A stretch of 64,000 nucleotides of DNA, taken from IMG/VR virus record IMGVR_UViG_3300031994_000056. One strand, 5' to 3'. The position numbers were made by a program, and so were the translations under genes. The notes under the pieces are model-generated. The model searched no databases and was not told the DNA's origin. It worked only from the letters and a program-made list of their open reading frames with translations. Shown in pieces: positions 63,687 through 64,000 of this stretch. Each line of letters opens with the position of its first letter. Position 1 is the first letter of the stretch. Source of the stretch: a virus (taxonomy: Duplodnaviria > Heunggongvirae > Uroviricota > Caudoviricetes).

Positions 63687-64000
63687 ATGAAGAAGAATGC
63701 TGTACTTGTAGTAGATTATCAGTTCGATTTCGCCGATCCAAAAGGTGGACTCTACGTTAAAGACGGAGAGAAGATTCAAAAATCAATTAATGAATTTCTA
63801 GAAAAAGTTAAAGACAAAGTTACTGTCATAGCCTCTAGAGATTGGCATCCCAAAAATCATTGTTCATTTACAGAAAATGGTGGACAATGGAACACTCATT
63901 GCGTTCAAAATACAGACGGCGCAAAGCTATACTTTGATTCAAAGTACGTAAACATTTTTATTGATAAAGGACAAGACGTAAATAAAGAGGAGTACTCCTG
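63687..64000 (+). CDS. isochorismatase/nicotinamidase-family cysteine hydrolase (3'-truncated by the window edge)
   Basis: AAGGAGGG ribosome-binding site then ATG; VLVVDYQFDFADPKGGLYV ... SRDWHPKNHCSF as in the PncA/isochorismatase N-terminal region. Confidence 0.55.
   Translation, partial: MKKNAVLVVDYQFDFADPKGGLYVKDGEKIQKSINEFLEKVKDKVTVIASRDWHPKNHCSFTENGGQWNTHCVQNTDGAKLYFDSKYVNIFIDKGQDVNKEEYS

Noticed and set aside
1-64000. Integrase, transposase, lysis cassette (endolysin/holin) and rRNA
   Set aside because: No recognisable recombinase, IS, lysozyme/amidase or rRNA motifs were found by eye. The small 2-TM protein at 7526 is only a weak holin candidate.

Overview
AT-rich (about 30% GC) window, densely coded, that reads as part of a large virulent phage genome from a low-GC Gram-positive host. 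Ribosome-binding sites of the AAGGAGGT type sit almost everywhere and stop/start overlaps (ATGA, TAATG) are frequent. Identifiable content: two large tail-fibre-like structural genes at the 5' end; a nucleotide-metabolism block (dUTPase with an N-terminal extension, flavin-dependent thymidylate synthase ThyX, metallophosphoesterase, 5'(3')-deoxyribonucleotidase); a cold-shock protein gene with its own consensus promoter and terminator; an SPFH/band-7 membrane protein; a tRNA cluster (Ser, Gln, Thr, Asn, a CAU-anticodon tRNA, Pro) behind a consensus sigma-70-like promoter, interleaved with tRNA-like elements carrying long insertions; a RuvB-like AAA+ ATPase split by an intein; a P-loop kinase-like gene split in its Walker-A motif by a LAGLIDADG intein with class-3 (WCT) hallmarks; a Cas4/RecB-like nuclease followed by a MoxR-like AAA ATPase and a VWA/HExxH protein; an SF2 helicase; a tandem GT2 glycosyltransferase; and a nicotinamidase/isochorismatase-family gene truncated at the 3' edge. 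The most unusual content is (i) two long plus-strand arrays (27.2-33.2 kb and 37.5-41.4 kb) and one divergent minus-strand array (24.9-23.1 kb) of very small, translationally coupled genes, many of them paralogous Cys-rich (VxKGxCxxCxF) proteins, almost every one ending in GG[V/I/L] because the next gene's ribosome-binding site is built into its last codons; and (ii) a GC-richer, largely non-coding island (24.9-27.0 kb) with three roughly 60-bp direct repeats, a CCA-ended tRNA-like RNA, a 15-bp-stem inverted repeat and five DnaA boxes (TTATNCACA) within 61 bp. No integrase, transposase, CRISPR array or rRNA was seen.
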